A stretch of DNA of 64,000 nt from Vicugna vicugna (taxonomy: Eukaryota). The translations under genes and the position numbers were made by a program. Positions 36,216 to 48,125 of this stretch are shown here, one piece after another; position 1 is the stretch's first letter, and the number at the start of each line of letters is the position of its first letter. Location: the NCBI GenBank assembly GCA_013265495.1, contig MU058636.1, forward strand, positions 3,087,967-3,151,966, read 5' to 3'. A model generated the notes under the pieces. It saw nothing but the letters and a program-made list of their open reading frames with translations. It had not been told where the DNA came from and searched no databases.

Positions 36216-39200
36216 GACAGTGGCCAGGCCTTGGCATTCTTTCTTAAGCTCCCCTGGGGCCTTTAACATGTGTGGGGTTGTGACCCCGAGCCTGGCCACC
36301 TTGGCCGCCACCCGCACAGATGTGATATCTGCTTCCCATCTGCAGACTCCGGCAGGCCCCGGCTCTGGGCCCAACTCAGTCTCTTTCGGGCATGGTTTTC
36401 CGAGTCCAAGGCTTAGCTTTAAACAGCCCCACTCTGGTAGGCCTTGTCCTCCGAACTGGATTCTAGCTTGGCCTTATGATGTCCTTTTGCCGAGTATCCC
36501 AGTGACCAGAGCTTTACCTTGGTTCCCTCAGCCCCATTTCTTGGTTCTCCAAGGGTCCCCCTCCTGCTCTCCCTGGGGTGTGGTGGGCTGTCTCACCAGC
36601 TGTCAAGGCCCTTGGACGCCAGCTGTCTTCCTGCCAGTCCACTCCCAGACCCAGCCTCCTGGCTCCCCAAGCTGTTTTCCTCCTTGCTTTCCCCGGCAGA
36701 CCCTCCTCACACTACCTGTCACGGCTTCCCTGGACGTGCTCTCTGCCCTCCCTCGGCCCAGGTGCTGTCCACGGCCTGCCAATGAGAGGCCCTCCGGAAC
36801 ACCTGCCCTCCTGTGCACCCACACGGCACTCTGCGTGCTCATTGCCAGAACTTGCCACACATTTTAGTGTTGAACTGTCTGCTTTATGCGCTAGATTAAA
36901 TTCCATGAGGGTAAGAGCTGCTTATTGCTATAGGCCCAACACCTGTTCAGCTTACTGACACGCTTACCTGGGGCATCCTCTCCTGGGTGGTCTTCATGGA
37001 CCTAGAAGGTGCTCAAATGGTCTGCATTTCTCACCGACAAGGTGAAGCGTCTTTGAAGAAGCTTCAGTGAGCCTTCAGGTCCTCCTGAACCACAGTCTGG
37101 GGCTTTGTCAAAAAACACTCAGACCAGATTAGACCGTCAATTAGAGAAGGCGAGTGGGGAGCTTGGCCTTTTCCTCAGTTCTCTTTGAATAAGTCCAGTG
37201 TTCACACTGGTTCTCAACCCACACACCTCTTAATCTACTTTAATTTCTGTTTTGGAAGGAGGACAGGGGGAGCTTTCGTAAAACACTTTAAGAAACAAGC
37301 ATGAATGGGCCTCGAAGGCACAGTCCATGGGCGCCGCTGAGCGGGTTCATGCTGTGCCTGAAAGGGGCGCACACTCTCTGAGAGCAGAGGTGCCAGGTCC
37401 TCAAAGACACTGAGACACCAGGATCACAGTCTCAGAAGGGACGAGGCTGACCCTGAGTCCGAGTCAGATGTCACCGAGAGCATCGACCAACCCCTTTCCA
37501 ATATGAAATAGTCTTTATGCGTGAATTTAAGGACCCAGTCCCTAACCTGCATTGCATCTGGTGAAGGGACACCCCAGACGAGGTTCCACATTACCAGTCA
37601 GGGTCATTCAAGCACCCTGCCATCCACCCAGGAAGCAGAAACTCCAGCCTCAGAGCGTAGGAAACATTCTCACGAAGCACGAGGCAGCGTCTTCCAGCTT
37701 GATGCCGTGGCCTGCGCTGGTCAATTTTCATACTGTTTCTGTCTTTGGCACCTGAGTTTCAAAAGGCACAGTTCAGGTGGAGCTCAGTGGAGCTCTTCAT
37801 GGATTAGAGAAGGGCTCCATTCAACGCGATGTGCAATTTTTAGCATCGCGGATGCCCCCTGGGAAGCAGCAGCACTGCCAATGGTCTTGCTAATTGGGCT
37901 GTTTTATGAGCAGAAGTGGGCACTGGACGGGGGCCGGGAGCTGCTGCTCCCGCTTGTCTGCAGCCTGGAGGGTGAATGGAGTTGGAGCGCTCTGAAGGCC
38001 AAGCTCTGCCCATCCAGCCAGACTGGGGTGGGGGTGGCTCACATATGTGAAGGCTTTGAAATGAAGAAGATTGGATCTCTGGGAGACAGATGCTGCTCGC
38101 CTTGCCTAATTATCCGTTTTGGAAGAGAATGCAGCATCTTCGGTCCTGGAGGAGTTTCCAGGTTGAGGGAATGCCACCCGCCACCCCCGGGCAAGCACAG
38201 GCGCCCCCAGAACCAGCAGCTGAAGCAGCACGGGCCCAGCAGTCTACCTGGCTAAAATCACGGAGATGGATGTGCTCTTAAGCCGTAAACTGGTGTCACA
38301 TTCGCAGGTCTCCATGGCAACCTTTCACACACAAAGAAGGACGTTTGTAAATATGCATTTTGCAAGCCTCCTTTTTTGATTCAAAGTATCAGCCTTTGAG
38401 AACAATTTGCTTTGCCAGCTGCGGCTGCTGCGGGAAAAGTGAGGGCAGGGAGACCTCTTACTTGCCCCTGTTCCCTCTCTGTCCTTTACTTCTGGGCAGA
38501 ATCCAGTGGCAAATGCACACTGAGCTCCCTTCACTGGCCAGGGTCCTGTGAGGAGCTGGGGACGCAGAAGGAGGGAGGGTGCACCCCGCCAGGAGGTCCC
38601 TGGGCACCCAGCATGTCCCCCACCTGGTCACGGAGGTGTCTGAGCCGTGGAGTAAACTGTCTTGGCTGTTTCCCTAAGGGGGCCTCACCAGGGGAGTATT
38701 AGACTCAGTGTGAGGATGACCGTTGTCCCAGGATCTAGCACTTGTAAAAGTGTATAAAATGGAGAGTTAGTTTCAAAACCTGTCTCTCCCTCTGTCTCTG
38801 ACCCTTTCTGTCTTTCTCTATCTCTCTCTTCTCTGGAGTCCTTGGTGTCTGGGGACAAATGTGTTTCTTTGGCACTTCTGGTCCAGGGAGGCAATGTCAG
38901 GGGACAGGGAACGCTCTGATGACCACAGCCTGTGTTCCAGCTGGTTTGCACCTTAAACTGTCTCTCAGACTTTTAGGGAAAATTTCCAGGGCAAACCTCC
39001 TCTCCATTCGGCCATGCCCGCCCTTTCTGGGCACTGCCTTTGGATACAGTCATTTCTGCGTGGCTTCTGTCTGAAACTTCACAAAATTACTCCCTTACAT
39101 TTGCCCAAAATACTATTTCTGGTTCTGAAATAGCATCTTACAATCTCATGGGCATTTTTTTTTCTTTTCCTGGGCCGTAAATTCCCCAAAAGCCACAGCC

Positions 39201-40656
39201 TCATGAGTGTGACAGCATCCTCAGATCTCACCAATGCCTCCCACCGGCTTCCCGACCCTGCGGCCCCGTTTTGCCGACGAGCCACTAGAGCCAGAGGAAG
39301 AGAGCCATCCTCAGGTCACCCCGAGGTGTCTCACATTCAAAGCCAAACTCAGGTCGGGTGAGAGTCTGGTCCTCACAGCTGCGGGGTCTTCTCTGCATTC
39401 CCATCTCCGGCCCATCCTAGATCTGGGTCCCCGCGGACCCTCCCCTCCTTGGAGGAGGTGGTCAGGGAAAGGGAAGGAGGGGAAATCATTTGCCTGTTAA
39501 GGCGCCCGGGGAAGGTGAACTGTGTCAGTGCTTTGGTCTGGTCCACCCCACATCTCTTCCACGAGCCCCCAGGGAGTGGTGTGGAAAAAGGCTCTCGCCC
39601 ACACTAAAGCCCCGAGGATCAGGCTGCCGCCCCCCGCAGCTGTTTTTATTGGTGAGGCTTTTCTGAGCCTGGCATTTTACTCAGGGTTAATCAGAGTGAG
39701 CCAACGCAGCTGCGTGCCCGGTGCTGTCCCAGCCGCCGTGGGCAAAGCCAGGGGAGCCTGGTGGGGCCAGGGCAGGGACCCGGGGACTGCTGGGACTTGA
39801 GGCCTCCCGGCCCTGCAGGCTGGGGAGAAGCCTCCCGCGGTGCTTGTGAAGTGCTGCCTCCTACACTTGGACTCACCAACCTCCCCTCCTGGTGCTGTTG
39901 CTCTGTGCGTTCAGAAGAGTGTGGTGAGGTAGAACCCAGGTGAAAAACTGGGGATCAGAGAGGTTGCATCCAAACCGAAACAAACCCAAGCTTTCTGGCC
40001 TACCACCCAGGACCGATTGGGTCCCCTGTGGAAGGATCCAGTACCACCGCATCGCCCCACAGGATGCCGTGGAGACTGACTCTGGGCTGGGCAAGGGCTC
40101 TGGGTGAGTTTTGATGCAGCTGGAACCAGGTTTAGTCAAAATTCACAGAACTGAAGTTTGACATACAGCCTTTGTCATCCCCCCAAGATGGACTATTGTT
40201 ATGTCTCAATAGACCCACAAAATGTACTTGGCTTTGACAGAAGAAGAATTGCTTAAACTACAAGGACATAAGAAACGATTTTCTGTTAGAGGGAGACAGA
40301 GGCATCTCGGGCCCGAGGATGGATTCCCATGTGCACCTGGTGATTCCATGTGCCCCTCTCCACGTGCTGGTCCATCCATGCAGGCTCCCGAAGAAATCTG
40401 AATTACACTGAGGTAGTTAGTACCCTAATGTGGGCTGCCCCTCTTTCCTTCTGTTTTGATCAGAGCGTTTCAGGGCATCCCTGTTTGTGGGAGAATTTGT
40501 TTAGTTCTTTCTCTCTCTCACCCCTGCCCCTGGACAATTTCATCAGTTTAATGAAGGAAAAAAACCAAACCAGTAGTGATACACACAAGCCCTTGCTACA
40601 TCCGTCCCTACTAAAAAAAAATAGTTTCCTTGGATTTTTATTTTAAACCATTTATC

Positions 40657-40965
40657 CAGTTGTCACTTTACTGCACATTAGAATCACCTGGGAATTTAAA
40701 ATAATCTCGGCACCCTGGGCACCACACTCAGACATCACTATTTTTTAAAAAATTCTTCAGATGACGCCAAAGTGCCACCGAGTTGATGACCAGTGATCTG
40801 AACCAGTGCTCTTGCAGACTTTAATGTGCATGTGAGTCACCCTGGGACCCTGGTAAAATGGAGACTTTATCCAAGAAGTCTAGGGTGGGGCTCGAGCCCA
40901 CGGTTCTAATGAGCTCCCAGGAGACGCCAGTGGGGCTGGTACGTAGACTACACCTTGAAAAGATC
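40657..40965. mobile_element. Two adjacent MER5-like (hAT-Charlie) remnants
   Basis: ctgcacattagaatcacctggga... (40670) and actttaatgtgcatgtgagtcaccctggga...aagtctagggtggggc...ttctaatgagctcccagg (40818-40920). Confidence 0.7.
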
Positions 40966-41212
40966 TAGCCAAGGTGTATTTCTTCCTCCCTGATGCCAAG
41001 TGATCTGTGGAGAAACAGAAAATATTGAAGGGAGCCGAGGCCAATGAGCACGGGAAAGCGAGAAAGGTCCTTTGATTGTAGCACATCCCACCGGTTGTTA
41101 AGAAACAATTTCTAGGCTAGAAATAGGGTTGACAGCTATGGTTTAGGGGAGGATCTGGACTTCCATAATGTAGAATGTTCCAGACCAAATGGACCTGGTA
41201 GATCATGGGGTC

Positions 41213-41352
41213 CAGTGATCCCCAATCTTGCCTGATTATAAGAATCACCCAGGAACTTTCTAAAAAGTCATGTATTCCCCGAGCTCCACCCAAATAGTCT
41301 GCAGATTTTAAAATAGCCTATTTTAGTTCAGACAGATTTGGGGGCCACTGAT
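41213..41352. mobile_element. MER5A-like remnant
   Basis: cagtgatccccaatcttg...agaatcacccaggaactttctaaaa...tttgggggccactg, with CAGTG/CACTG termini. Confidence 0.65.
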
Positions 41353-42299
41353 CTGGTCCACCCCAGCCCCTTCTCCTGCCCCCTCACACGTACACATTTA
41401 TGGAAGAAAAAGCCCCAGGCATGGGCTTCTCTGTGACAAATTGGCATTTTCCAGCTGTGAGGACTGAGTGAGCCAGGGAAAAAAAAACCTACGTTGAGTG
41501 ACTGGCAGACCCCCTTCCAGGTCACAGCATTGGGGAAGTCGGTTTCTGGCTAATAAATTCAGGCAAGTTGTTTGCCTTTGCTTTCTGAGCTGACAGGTTA
41601 ATTTTGCAAGACAGTAAAGACAACAGCCAGGTATATGGGGAGCTAGTAAAAAGGAAGGCTTGGCCTAGCCTGGACAGATTTTGTTCTTCTCCAGAACATC
41701 ATGCCACACGCAGGAGAGGGCGGTGATGCCTCCCCTGGCCTGCCCACCCCCTCTAGTGTAGCTGGGTGCTGCCCGTGGTCCTGGCATCCTCATGTCCCTT
41801 CAAAGACAGAGGGTGAAGGTTTGAAAAGCCTCAGGACGACTCACAGCTGCAGTCCTAACCTATGAGTAGAAGCACCTCCACCTGCTCCTCTGGTGCTTCC
41901 GGCAGCCCCCCCAGTCCTCCCAGCCCCCTGTCTTGTCAGGATGTTCCATCTCTATCTGCCTATGTTGCATCTGGCTCTGCTCACAATGAACTTACGAGGG
42001 AGACTGGCTACTTCAGGTCTGTCTGATACTCAGCACCCAGACCTGGTGCCTGCGTGTCCCCTGCCCTGCCCAAGAACCACTGAAAATACTGCCTGAGTAG
42101 GACTTATAGATGGGGCCATGACTATTTCTATGGTTTTTCTAAACCAATAGACTCGTCCCTCTATGAGCTTGACTTTTTTGTTAAATTAGGCATAAATATT
42201 CAATTTTACGTCTTCATCCACATTTACTCATTCATCCATACATTTATTTCCTGAGCACATACCGTGCATCAGTAAACACCATATTTGTGTATTTTAATG

Positions 42300-42445
42300 C
42301 CATGATCCTGTGGGTAGGGGTGATTGCTGCATTTTACGTATAAAGAATCTGAACTTTAGAGATTCTGAGCCATTCGTGCAAGGTCACCCAGCTAGAAAGC
42401 CTTCTAACTGAGGTTTGAACCCAGCTCTTTCTGGCTCCAAAATAC
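42300..42445 (-). mobile_element. MIR fragment
   Basis: cattttacgtataaagaatctga...gcaaggtcacccagctag...tttgaacccagctctttctggctccaaa. Confidence 0.75.
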
Positions 42446-44937
42446 CTTCTCTTTTCGCCAAATTTGCCTCCCAAGTGGCAGTCTCTCTCCTTTTAGAGAC
42501 AGAATAAAGCTAATTGTCATTTTTTTAATTAAAGATTTTTTTAATTGCAAAGATAAGAGAAAGCCAAAAGACATACACCAACTGGAACTGGTTTTACCAC
42601 ATAACAACTTAATATTCATAATTGACTAGCAGACCCATAAATCAATAAGCTAAAATTCAGACATCTTACTTCCTCCGAGAGGCTCCCGCTAACGTTTCAT
42701 AGAGCCCTGTGTTCCTCCCCCTCCGCACAGACCTGCATCGCCGGCAGCGTAACAAAGGCTTGTTCTACGCAGGCACCGGGCTGGGCACCACCAGTTCCAG
42801 GAAGGACGGAAGATCAGGATGACAAGAGTTTATATACATCATATCCCTTTTGGAAGTACTTACACTCCCAGACTGTGGCCTCTCTCTTTAAAATAAGCTT
42901 TCTATTTTGCAACAGTTTTAGATTTACAGAGAGAGTTCTCACCTCATTTCCCCTAATGTTAATAGCGGCATAACCGTGGCTAATTATTATATCGGGTAAT
43001 TTTAAAAGTGAGTATTTTCTCTTTGCCTTGGAGTGTGGACAACCACTGGTCATGTGTTCACAAGGCACAAGTCTTGGGAGTCAAAGCTTTGGTCGTGTTG
43101 ATCCCTCTGGGTCTGAATTCTCAGGGCGCTGGGCGGGGTTTGGGGTGGATATTAGGGTGAACTTCCAGGGTTTCTTGGGAGGCAGAAATGAAGCCATAAC
43201 CACGAAAGCCCCCAGGGTGGTGCCTGGCACACTGGTTGAATATGAGCCTTGTCATCTGCCTTGAAGCACCAGTTCTCACCACGCTGTGTGGTTCCCTGTT
43301 TTGACTGTGTCACTTCCTGGCACCCCTGCGCTGTACCCTAACTTGTGTTTACTTAATATATTCTGAATATCAGTCTCCCTCCTGCTTCCTTCCCTCGTCC
43401 TTTCCCCATAAATCCTGTTTGACAAATTCAGGCCAAGGGCAGTTGTTCTCAACAGAGAGATTGTTTCGTCTTCCTGAGTGCATCTTTCAAAGTCGCCGGC
43501 CGAGCCAGGTGGTCCCAGCCAAGCCGGGGAACGGCATCGACACACGGCCCGTGCATCCTGAATGCTCAAGCAGCGGAGGGGAAAGACGGAACCTGAATGG
43601 ACTGCCAAGGTGGCCCAGAGTTGAAAACATTTCTGAGTCAGTCATGTTCATGGTGGCGAGAGGAGGATGGGGGCAAAGAGGGCTGAGGAGGGGATTGAAG
43701 GAGAGAAAACAGACATAATTAGCAAATGTGGGCTCTAGACACTTCCCTCCCCTTCCTGATTTCTTTTATGTCCCCTGAGCTGGATGCCAAGCTGGCACAC
43801 GTGTTTTCAGAAATGAATGGGATACTTGAAGGCTTCTGAATTAAAATGACACTCTTCAAGAGCACACTTGGTGGTGGAGGAGCTGCCCGTGTCTGCTCTC
43901 ACACACATGCCCTCTGAACAAGGACCCCCTTTGGGCACATCTCACCTCGCCCGCAACGTCGTGGAAGCCAGCAGACGCCCAAAGGGAACACGGCTTGGGA
44001 CCGCCTGTATAATGAGTCTTCTCTTTAAGGCATCCTTTCTTGTTTATACCAGTCCATTAAGAAGATCCCACTCTAAATGAGCAGTTGCTCAAAGCCAATG
44101 GAAAACAACTGTCTATCTGCCTTAATTAGCACAAGAGAACTTGAAATGAAAAAGTCACATGTGCTATTTTTTCCTTTTTTTTTTTTTTAAGTGAACAGGG
44201 TTGTCCTTCAATGCCCGTCTTTCCTGGCGTGCGCAGCTTTTTGACTGGACCACTCCCTGCGTGTTGGGTCTTTGGCAGCAGGACCATGCGGGGGGAGGAA
44301 GTGCGGGCTGTCTCCTCCTCAGCCGGGCAGGAGCGGACGGCCAGGAGCCGTAGGTAGGAGAGAGATCTTTCTGAAGTGGGACAAACGAGACAGAAAAACT
44401 GTCGAACTCCTACCAGCAGCAGCCGTTCACATCGGGTGGGATGTGGAAGGAGTCATGTGCAGCCAGCTTTGGAAGGGAACAAGGGGCAAAAGGTACACAC
44501 ACCAGGATTTTGAAGAGAATCATGGCTACTCTTGAAAATGACCATGGATGGAAGGTTCTAGAAATCTAGGTTTCTTTTTTCACATGGAATGTAGCTTGAG
44601 ACAAGTCAATGTTTATCGTGACCAAGATGCTTCTATCTGCTACCTGTTGAAATGAGGGTTGACTTACACTCCAAAGTGAGACATAGAAAATACAGACGTT
44701 TCTTGGCACCTGGAAGCATCAGTGGGTGGGCAGGGACCTTGAGTTCTTCCTGTGAGTCGCAGAACCGTGATTTTGGTGCCTGTTTCTGCACTCCTTCTGG
44801 GCAGGTGCAAACTCTTGCAGCAGGGACCTCCTGTCTTTGCTGTTTTCTCTTCTTCCCCTTTTATCCTGCACTTCTCTCTCCTTTTTCCCCCTCTCCTCTG
44901 CCAGGGCCAGAAGAGGAGAGGGGGGAAAGGGAGGGCA

Positions 44938-44965
44938 TGGTCAAGGGTCAAGGGTCAATGGTCAA
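44938..44965 (+). repeat. 7-bp tandem repeat x4 forming nuclear-receptor DR1 elements
   Basis: TGGTCAA GGGTCAA GGGTCAA TGGTCAA. Confidence 0.8.
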
Positions 44966-45084
44966 AAGAAGGACACAGAAGAAAAAGAGAGTTAGGAAGA
45001 ACAGCTCTGGCCCGGAATTAAGAAGGCTGAGTTTGTGTCTGAGGTCTGACACCAAACAACAACAACAATAATAATTTAAAATAA

Positions 45085-45270
45085 AAATAGCACTTACTGC
45101 TGCCGGGCATTATGTGAAGGACTTTGTGTTTAACCTGCCCGGTGGGATGAGGTGGGTGCGCTGATGGTACCCATGCTGCAGATGAGACAGCTAGATCTCT
45201 CAGTGACCTCCCAAGGTCACGCAGCTCTCAGAGGCTGAGCTGGAATTTGTGATCCGGACACTGCGTCTCC
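45085..45270 (-). mobile_element. MIR fragment
   Basis: agcacttact..tgccgggcatt...cccatgctgcagatgagacagct...cccaaggtcacgcagct. Confidence 0.7.
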
Positions 45271-45639
45271 TGCCTCGTGCCCCGGGGGCAACGAATGTCA
45301 GTTCCCTTAGCCTCTGTGAAAGGAACTGGCTCTAGTAGATGCTTTAAAAGCCCCTTCCAGGCCTTTCTTCAATCCACGTCAATCCTCCCCTCTCCTTCTA
45401 CCAGCCCTTTCTTAAGATTTAACACCAGAATGTGGGCGAGGCAAAGGGGGGTGAGCACTTAATACCAGTACTGTCTCTTATCACCACTTCCTGAACGCTT
45501 TGAGAGGAACCTTCATGTCTCAAGAAAAGTATTTGGTTCATCAGGTCCCAAGCAAAGACTTCGTTGGAGATCCCTGTAGGTGCACGCTGCAGCTTCACAC
45601 GGTGCAAAAACAACACCAAGGTGCCTGGAAAACCAGCCA

Positions 45640-45978
45640 AACGTGGATGAACCTTGACATTACACTAAACAAGCCAGATGTGAAAGGACAAATACTACGT
45701 GATTCCACTCATCTGAGGCGCCCAGAGAAACTGAATTCATAGAGACAGAGAGGAGGATGGTGGTTGCCAGGGCCTGGGGGAGGGGGAGTAGGAATGAGTA
45801 TTTAATGGGGACAGAGTTGCAGTTTTGCAAAATGAAAAAACATTCTGGAGGTGAATGGGGTGGTGATGGTCTCAACAGTGTGAATGTACTTAACACCTCT
45901 GAACTGTACACTCAAAAATGGTTAAAATGGTAAATTTTATGTGATGTGTGGTTTAGCCCAATAAAAAAGTTAAAAAAA
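45640..45978 (+). mobile_element. L1MB-type 3' end
   Basis: tggatgaaccttga...aaaggacaaatac...gattccact...gagacaga...tggttgccagggcctgggg...gaactgtacactcaaaaatggttaaaatggtaaattttatg...aataaaaaa. Confidence 0.9.
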
Positions 45979-45989
45979 CGAATATGTCA

Positions 45990-46490
45990 AAAAGTATTTT
46001 ATTGTTTCTGATTATATAATATGCATTTGTTAAACAATCATAGAGAATTACAAAAATCAGATTAAACTAACACGATTTTTACCAGCCAGATTTAACTATA
46101 ATTATGATTCCTATCCAATCTTTCCAACTGCATCTCTCTCCCTATCTCTCTATTACATGCACAGAAACTCAAATATTTGAGTTCATACCGTATAAGCAGT
46201 TATTTATTCATTTCTTTTCACTTAACATTATATTCTGAGCATTTTCCAAGCAATTAAAATTTATTTGTAAACATAATTGTAATGGCTGAACGTTAGTTCA
46301 GGCATGCTGTAATTTATGTAGTCCTCCCTCCGTTTTTGGACATTTAAATTTTTCTGATTTTGTACTTCATATATAGCATTAAAGCGATCATTCTGGTGCA
46401 TTCGTATTTGCCTGCCTCTGATTATTTCCTTGGGATTGGCTCCTAGAAACAGAGTTACTGGGTCAAAGGACAGGTTATATATTTGAAAAG
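45990..46490 (-). mobile_element. L1ME-type remnant
   Basis: tttttcacttaacattatattctgagcattttcc...ttttggacattta...ttatttccttgggattggctcctagaaacagagttactgggtcaaaggaca. Confidence 0.7.
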
Positions 46491-46534
46491 CTGTTTCACT
46501 ATTTCTGGGTGGGGTGTGTGTGGGGGGGGGGTGT

Positions 46535-46560
46535 TGTGTGTGTGTGTGTGTGTGTGTGTG
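46535..46560. repeat. (TG)n microsatellite
   Basis: Direct TG run preceded by a G run. Confidence 0.95.
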
Positions 46561-47309
46561 GACTAGTTTCAGAAGCCCTTTCTCTGTCCTTTGTTCATCT
46601 GGGGAATCATTTGAAGCCCCTGGGATCTCAACCTTTTTTTTTTTTAATGGAAACTGCCTTTAGGGAAGATATGCTTGAATGCTGACCATCCCTTAGATCA
46701 AACCTAGAGATCTGAGCAAAGGAGGTCTGTTGTGCAAAATTGAAAGAGACAGCGTCTGAGGTTTTGTTTGTGTAAAGGCGGCTTGCGTCTCATAGGAAGC
46801 TGTGAGGTTAGGGTGAAACCCAGGGGCCCCAGCTCAGCCCTGGCTGCTCCCTAAAGCGTTTGGTTCACTTCCTGCTTTGAAGGAGGGAGGAAAGTGAAAC
46901 CTTGCTGGAGCTCCCTTGGCTGCAGGTCCACAAGGTGTTAACTGTAGCCTGAACAATGTAGACCTTTGGGCTCCCCTGCACTGCTTATCCCCAGGTAGCA
47001 CACACAGACCGGCCCGGGCTTCGTAGAGGAAACAGCAAATCGCTGATCCCCAGGCGACTTTTGGTTTCAAAAGACCTTCTTGCATCTTTTCAGCAGGGTC
47101 TGCTAACCCTTTTCTCTTTATATTTACCTGACTTCTAAGTAACGCCAGCCAGTCTTCAGAGCTCAGCTCTAATGTGATTTTTCACGTGGAAGCTTTGGCG
47201 ACCCTCTGGAACTAGACCGACACTCAAATGCGCCTTTTTTCATAGTACTTTTCACAACTTGTAATTAGACTAATTTGGGCAATCATTTGGTTAATGTATC
47301 GTTTAATGT

Positions 47310-48110
47310 TTTCATTCAACAAATATGTTTTAAGTGCCTCTGTGTGTCAGGAACCATGTTATTTGCTAGGATTACAGGGACAAGCAGAACAGATTTGCTT
47401 CCTTTCCTTGTGGAGCTTACAGTCCAATGGGAAATACAGAAATAAAAATCTGATTGCAATGTTCAGTAAGTGCTAGAGAGGGGATGAAGCTGGTGCCGTG
47501 ACAGACATGGGTGGAGGAATCCCGTCAGAGGTTCAGGTCCCGAAGACCATCCTGAAGACAGAGGAGTGGGAGGAGCCAGCCGTGGGAAGAGCTGGAAAGA
47601 AAATGGGGAGCAGGGGGTGTCAGGGGGAGCGGGAGGACCTGAAAAGCACTGGAGGAATGTAGTGTGTCGGGGGAGAGATGGACAGGGCTAGAGTGGGCAG
47701 TAGGAGAGAGGCAGGAACGTGTCCACAGGTGCTGGGAACGTGGAGGATGGTGGTGACCCTAACAGAGTTTCCCAGAATGCAGTTGGTTGAGGAGCAAACG
47801 GATGGTGAGGAATTAGAAGGTCTGCGCATAAGAAAAGCAGTTTGGACTGTGCAGCGGAACAGAGAAATCAGGTGGGCAGGGAAAGATGAGACAAGCCAAG
47901 GGAGGAACTGAGGCTGGTTTTCCAGATTTTCTTTCTTTTTTAAGTGGGAGGTAGCAGAGCATGTTTATAAGCTGTGGGATGATTCAGGGGGAGAGAGGGA
48001 GAGACTTAACGATGCTCAGAGAGGCAATAAACAGAGAGCTAAGTCCTTGAGAAGATAAGATGGGATGGTGTCCAGAACAGAGATGAATAGATAGGAGTTT
48101 TATCGGAGGA
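47310..48110 (-). mobile_element. L2 LINE remnant
   Basis: ttcattcaacaaatatgttttaagtgcctctgtgtgtcagg...ccttgtggagcttacagtccaatggga followed by a purine-rich L2 body; right boundary approximate. Confidence 0.65.
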
Positions 48111-48125
48111 GAGCCACCTCATCAA

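Noticed and set aside
37521..38255. Longest ORF (244 aa)
   Set aside because: Non-ATG start (GTG), no recognisable domain and no clear exon context; length is attainable by chance in GC-rich DNA
47927..47956. tttctttcttttttaagtgggaggtag resembling a Vic-1 tail
   Set aside because: Similarity stops before the B box; no SINE body
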